From positions 14,880,001-14,944,000 of the forward strand of contig NC_047069.1 in NCBI RefSeq assembly GCF_902459465.1: a DNA stretch of 64,000 bases, read 5' to 3'. The translations under genes and the position numbers were made by a program. Positions 59,761 to 64,000 of this stretch are shown here, in pieces. How positions within the stretch are numbered: position 1 is the first letter of the stretch; every line of letters starts with the position of its first letter. The notes under the pieces were generated by a model. The model was not told the origin of the DNA. It worked only from the letters and a program-made list of their open reading frames with translations, and ran no database searches. The DNA comes from Asterias rubens. Lineage: Eukaryota.

Positions 59761-62295
59761 AAAGTTACATGACTTTCAAATTCAGTTTTTACTGAATAGC
59801 TAGTAAAGACACAAGATGTTGCAGATAACTGAACTATTTATAACAACAAAAGTTTACAAAAGTTATAAATTTAAAAACAGGCTACTTAATGTATTAAAGG
59901 GACACGTTGCATTGGATCGGTCCAGTTGGAATTGCATGGTTTCCTTTCACTTTGCGAACTAACGGTTGGCCATTTTTTTGGAGTCAATCTTGTTGATTGG
60001 GTGCTATGGCTTCACTTCTGCGCCTTGAACACCCAGCAGGGTGGATATGTGCGCATTACAAGTCTTAATATTATTATTATTATGAAAAATTACATAAGTT
60101 TATGTTATTTATCAGAATAGGCTATACTGTTAAAAACGTTCAAATTGTCTTGTTAATCTCTTATACGCACATTGTTTATGGTCATTACCCAGAGATCGGG
60201 TGGTCCTAGGGCACCGCACTCAGTCTCACTGATTTAATAGGTGGAAGATATCGAGGGGGGGGGGGGGTGTTGGTCTGTGTGTGGAAAGGGTGCTTATGTA
60301 GGCCTACCCAATGGTGCTTACTGTGAGTCGCCCAGTTCAAGGTACACCAAGACTAGACGTAACTATATAAATACTAAATAGTAACCTTGCGGGCACATCC
60401 ATGCAATATCTCTTTTGATATGTCTTTAATTGTTTGCCTAATGTTTTTAAATCATACAATTCTAGTTTTTGTTGCTGTGTGTTGTTTTTTATGTTTTTAA
60501 AGCCTGGACGAATAAACAAATAAATTAATAAATAAAGTGATAATCAAATAAATAAATAAATAAATAAAATAAATAAGAGGCTGTAATCTTAGAAAAATAA
60601 TGAGCTCGGGAAATTCCGTCCAACATCTTGAGATCATTAAATAATTTACTGTATGGATGATGGTATCATGAGTGTAAGATGACAATACCCTGATGAATAT
60701 TCAAAAAATTATAATCAAATAAATTAAGGAAGGTCACGTGTTTTATCCGGACCGAGAAAAAAGTCAATGACTGCACCACAGTCAAATTTGTTTTCACACA
60801 CTTTTTTCGAGGGTATTCAACATCTATCTAAACATGATTGTCTCTTATTCTAAATTTTCCAGCAAACTTCTAGAATTGTTTTTTTTGTGGGTATTGCATT
60901 ACAAACGACCAAAAATGTCCCGATGACAATGTGCAGGCTGCGATAGAAGCACTGTTATCAGGTGTAGCCAAGCGACGGCAATTATTTGGAAAAAATATTG
61001 ACAATCCATATTTACATTTAGACGGGAAACGCCCAATATAATAACACTTTAGTACTTTTTATACAAGCCAAAATCTATAGAGGGCGTACTTGAACCAGAG
61101 TAGGTAAAAATGCCAGGAGAAGCGATGTGCCAACATCCCCCTGGTAAAATAAACTAAGGTACTTGAAAGGTTGCTGGGTTTTTGTATGTAGGGAAAATTC
61201 AATATCCAACTGCATTTTATGTATGTTGAATTATTATTAACTTCAGAAATAATTTATCAGATGTATTCAATTAAAAAAAAATCACAGTGGTGTTTAGCGT
61301 TTATCCTTTGTAACAGTATTCTTGAATTAAACAAATCATGCCAACTACATTACACATTATGACAACCGGTGACTTGAAGTTTCAACCCTGACGGACATTT
61401 CCAGTAAGATTCAAGTCTTCGAACAGTTTAAGAGCATCACTGGCTTCGACCAGTATGCACATAAAGAAAAAGTCCTGGGATGGCGTGAAGGCACCTTTGA
61501 AGCTGTACATTACTGGGGACAACATCAACAAGTTGGTCGAGCATCTTGTGTAGTTTGGCCCCTAAGGAGCCGTGTACAGAATTAAGAGGCCTGCAAGAGA
61601 GCGGGTTAGATCTTCGCTTACCGTTCGCAGTCTTCCCTCTTTTCTTCTTCCCTCTTTTCTCAGTTGTCTTTCCTCCGTTAGGCAAGCTTGCAGTATCCGA
61701 CCTCCGTTTTCCCGTCATTATTCTTATCTTATGTGTTGGTTTAAATGTAGTTAACCTATTTTACAACCATTTGACGATTGCTCGAGATGTTCTTTTGCGG
61801 GGAAGGAAAGTCCAATTTTCTCTGAATGTGAATCGCACAATTTATCTTAAAAAGTGGAGGTCGGATAAGGCAATAATTGCCCTTACCTTGGTCCTTTGGT
61901 GACCTCCAATGCACATCCAGATGCATCGACATTAGACAAACAACACAGCATAACACCACAAAATCCAATATCCAACTTCAACTCCCTTCCCTGGTCACAA
62001 AGTACTAGGCTGGCCCTGGCCGCGATGGGTTCGAATCCCTATTTACAAATTACACCATACAAAATGTTGGATGTGTGAACTGGTGCGTGACTTTTTTGTA
62101 ATCTGGGAATGCCAGGAATAGATATACACAAAATAGAGAAATTACATGAAATGGAATATTAAAAAGCGAGCCGGGAGCGTCAAACCTGGGTAAAGGTTTT
62201 GCTACCGTCGGATGTCAGAAGAACATGTTTTTACGGTTTTGTATTTTCAGTTTTATTTTAACCTCATGATTCACAACAATTGAAAACTTACTGTT

Positions 62296-62807
62296 AAAGG
62301 CAGTGGACACTATTGTTATGGTAATTACTCAAAACAATTATTAGCATAAAACCATACTTGGTAGCGAGTAATGGAGCTGTGTAAGATAGTGTATAACATT
62401 GTGAGAAACTGAAGTTGTGTGCTTCCATGCAGATGCTTCCATGCCTCAGCTGAGGTCTCGAAATCATCTAAAATGTTTTAGGGGATCACCTCGGGTAGCA
62501 TTCGAAGCAGTCATTTTTTGTTGTATCACTTTTGCTATGGATCGACCAAGCAGAATCAAGATTTCAAGCATACTTGAACATAAACAAAATGGTGAGAAAC
62601 CGGGCTCCCTCTGAAGTTACGTATGGTTTTTGAAAAAGAGGTAGTTGTCTCACTAAAATAATACTTCAGGCCTGAAGCATCTGAAAGCACACAAATCCGG
62701 CAACGAGGGCGTTTTTCTGTCATTATTCTCTTGCAACTTTTATGCATAATGTTGGGATACATCAGGTGAGAATACTGGTCTTTGACAAAAACCAAACGTG
62801 TCCAGAC
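62296..62807. mobile_element. MITE family A, diverged, with an internal rearrangement
   Basis: AAAGGCAGTGGACACTATTG ... GTGTCCAGAC, with duplicated internal segments. Confidence 0.75.
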
Positions 62808-64000
62808 TCACCAAATATGTCGTATTGCAAGGCCCGTTACCCTCTGGTAGATCACCTCAGAAGAAAATTCCAGTGACCGACTTGTTCATCAACTTCAGAG
62901 GAAAACATAATAATATACCCTACACACTTGGAAGAATTACATTCTAGAAATTTAATTTTCAATATAGGTCACACTCAAGTCAAACTGAGGTTTAGGCCTA
63001 CCACAAAGTTACCTTCATACAGTACTTCAACCAACGAACCTTTTTTTTTGCACAAACAACTAATGTCTATAATTATAGTTATTTTACGTATTCGGACATA
63101 TTAAGTATATTAGACCTATATGCTTTTAAAGTTGTTCGGGCAAAGACAATAGTTTACAAAACTGTCATTATTGTGTCAGACCCAACAAAAACTCTACTAC
63201 CAAGGTAAGGATAAAAATGATCACAAAATAGTAATTTTTTTAATATTATTGTTTTATCATGTAAACTTGTACATATATTTTTGATGTAATTTTTTTGTTA
63301 ACCAAATGCCATTAGTCTATGACTTTTTATTTGGTCCTGTATTTTTATTTGAAAATAAACCAATATTGAATTGAATTGAATACAAAAATGTGAAACTAAC
63401 GATAGCTATTACAGTGGATTTCAGTGGCGTTTTTCGGAGTAGTAGCGAAATTAGTTACGAAACTGTTACGTAAGATCGTAAAATATTAACAGCATTAAAC
63501 AAACCAATAATTGATCTGAATAAAACAAAGTTAAAAATAAGGGACCCTTTTTGCCGCATTAGTAAAAATAAAAAAATAAAAAAAATAAAAATAAAAATAA
63601 ACAACAGGACATTTCAAATATGTCTTTTTACGTTTACAATTTGATTTACGGTCGTGATGGAAGAACATAATTATGATCGCTTTCCAATGAACAGTTACAA
63701 CTCTCTATTACGAACATATTCCTGTTCTCTGTGAACTTATTTAAAGAATTATGGTTTTTGTAAATTAATTTTTGACCTTAACAATAATGGATTAAAAGTA
63801 CTGTCAACCTTCAAATTAGTAACAACCATTTGCAATTTTATGTGGCATTCTTGTGTTGGAAGTAAAACTACGCAATAAAGGAAGACACATCTTACGAAAA
63901 CTTTACATAACACTTTTAAAGCAAATCACAATGTTGTTGCTGTTGCCAAATGACTTATATAATTTGTTTACTGGGTGGCTCGTAAGTCATCAAGTTAAAA

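Noticed and set aside
61455-61553. Transposase relic from LYITGDNINKLV on the plus strand
   Set aside because: The resemblance covers a few residues only and is followed by stops, which is not enough without a profile search.

Overview
Eukaryotic, AT-rich, intron-containing DNA packed with short non-autonomous transposons. It is probably from a marine invertebrate deuterostome such as an echinoderm, which is an inference from gene content and repeat style. Six protein-coding genes were rebuilt by hand from splice signals and reading phase. (1) A Goliath-family PA-TM-RING E3 ligase (minus strand, first two coding exons, running off the left edge). (2) Rab9 (plus, single coding exon). (3) A complete 10-exon ADCK2 (minus, 632 aa). 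(4) A 3-exon, 66-aa potato-inhibitor-I/eglin-type protease inhibitor with Cys at P1, which the ORF track largely misses. (5) A 4-exon GM2-activator-like gene (plus) with a +1 frameshift in exon 3. (6) A 2-exon, 135-aa protein made of a p62/SQSTM1-type PB1 domain that ends directly in a CaaX box (CVIL), which is the most unusual object in the window. The rest is MITEs, tRNA-derived SINEs, an L2 LINE 3' fragment, Helentron/HINE-like elements, long hairpins and tandem repeats. No rRNA, functional tRNA or CRISPR array is supported. All family assignments come from recalled motifs, and no database search was run.
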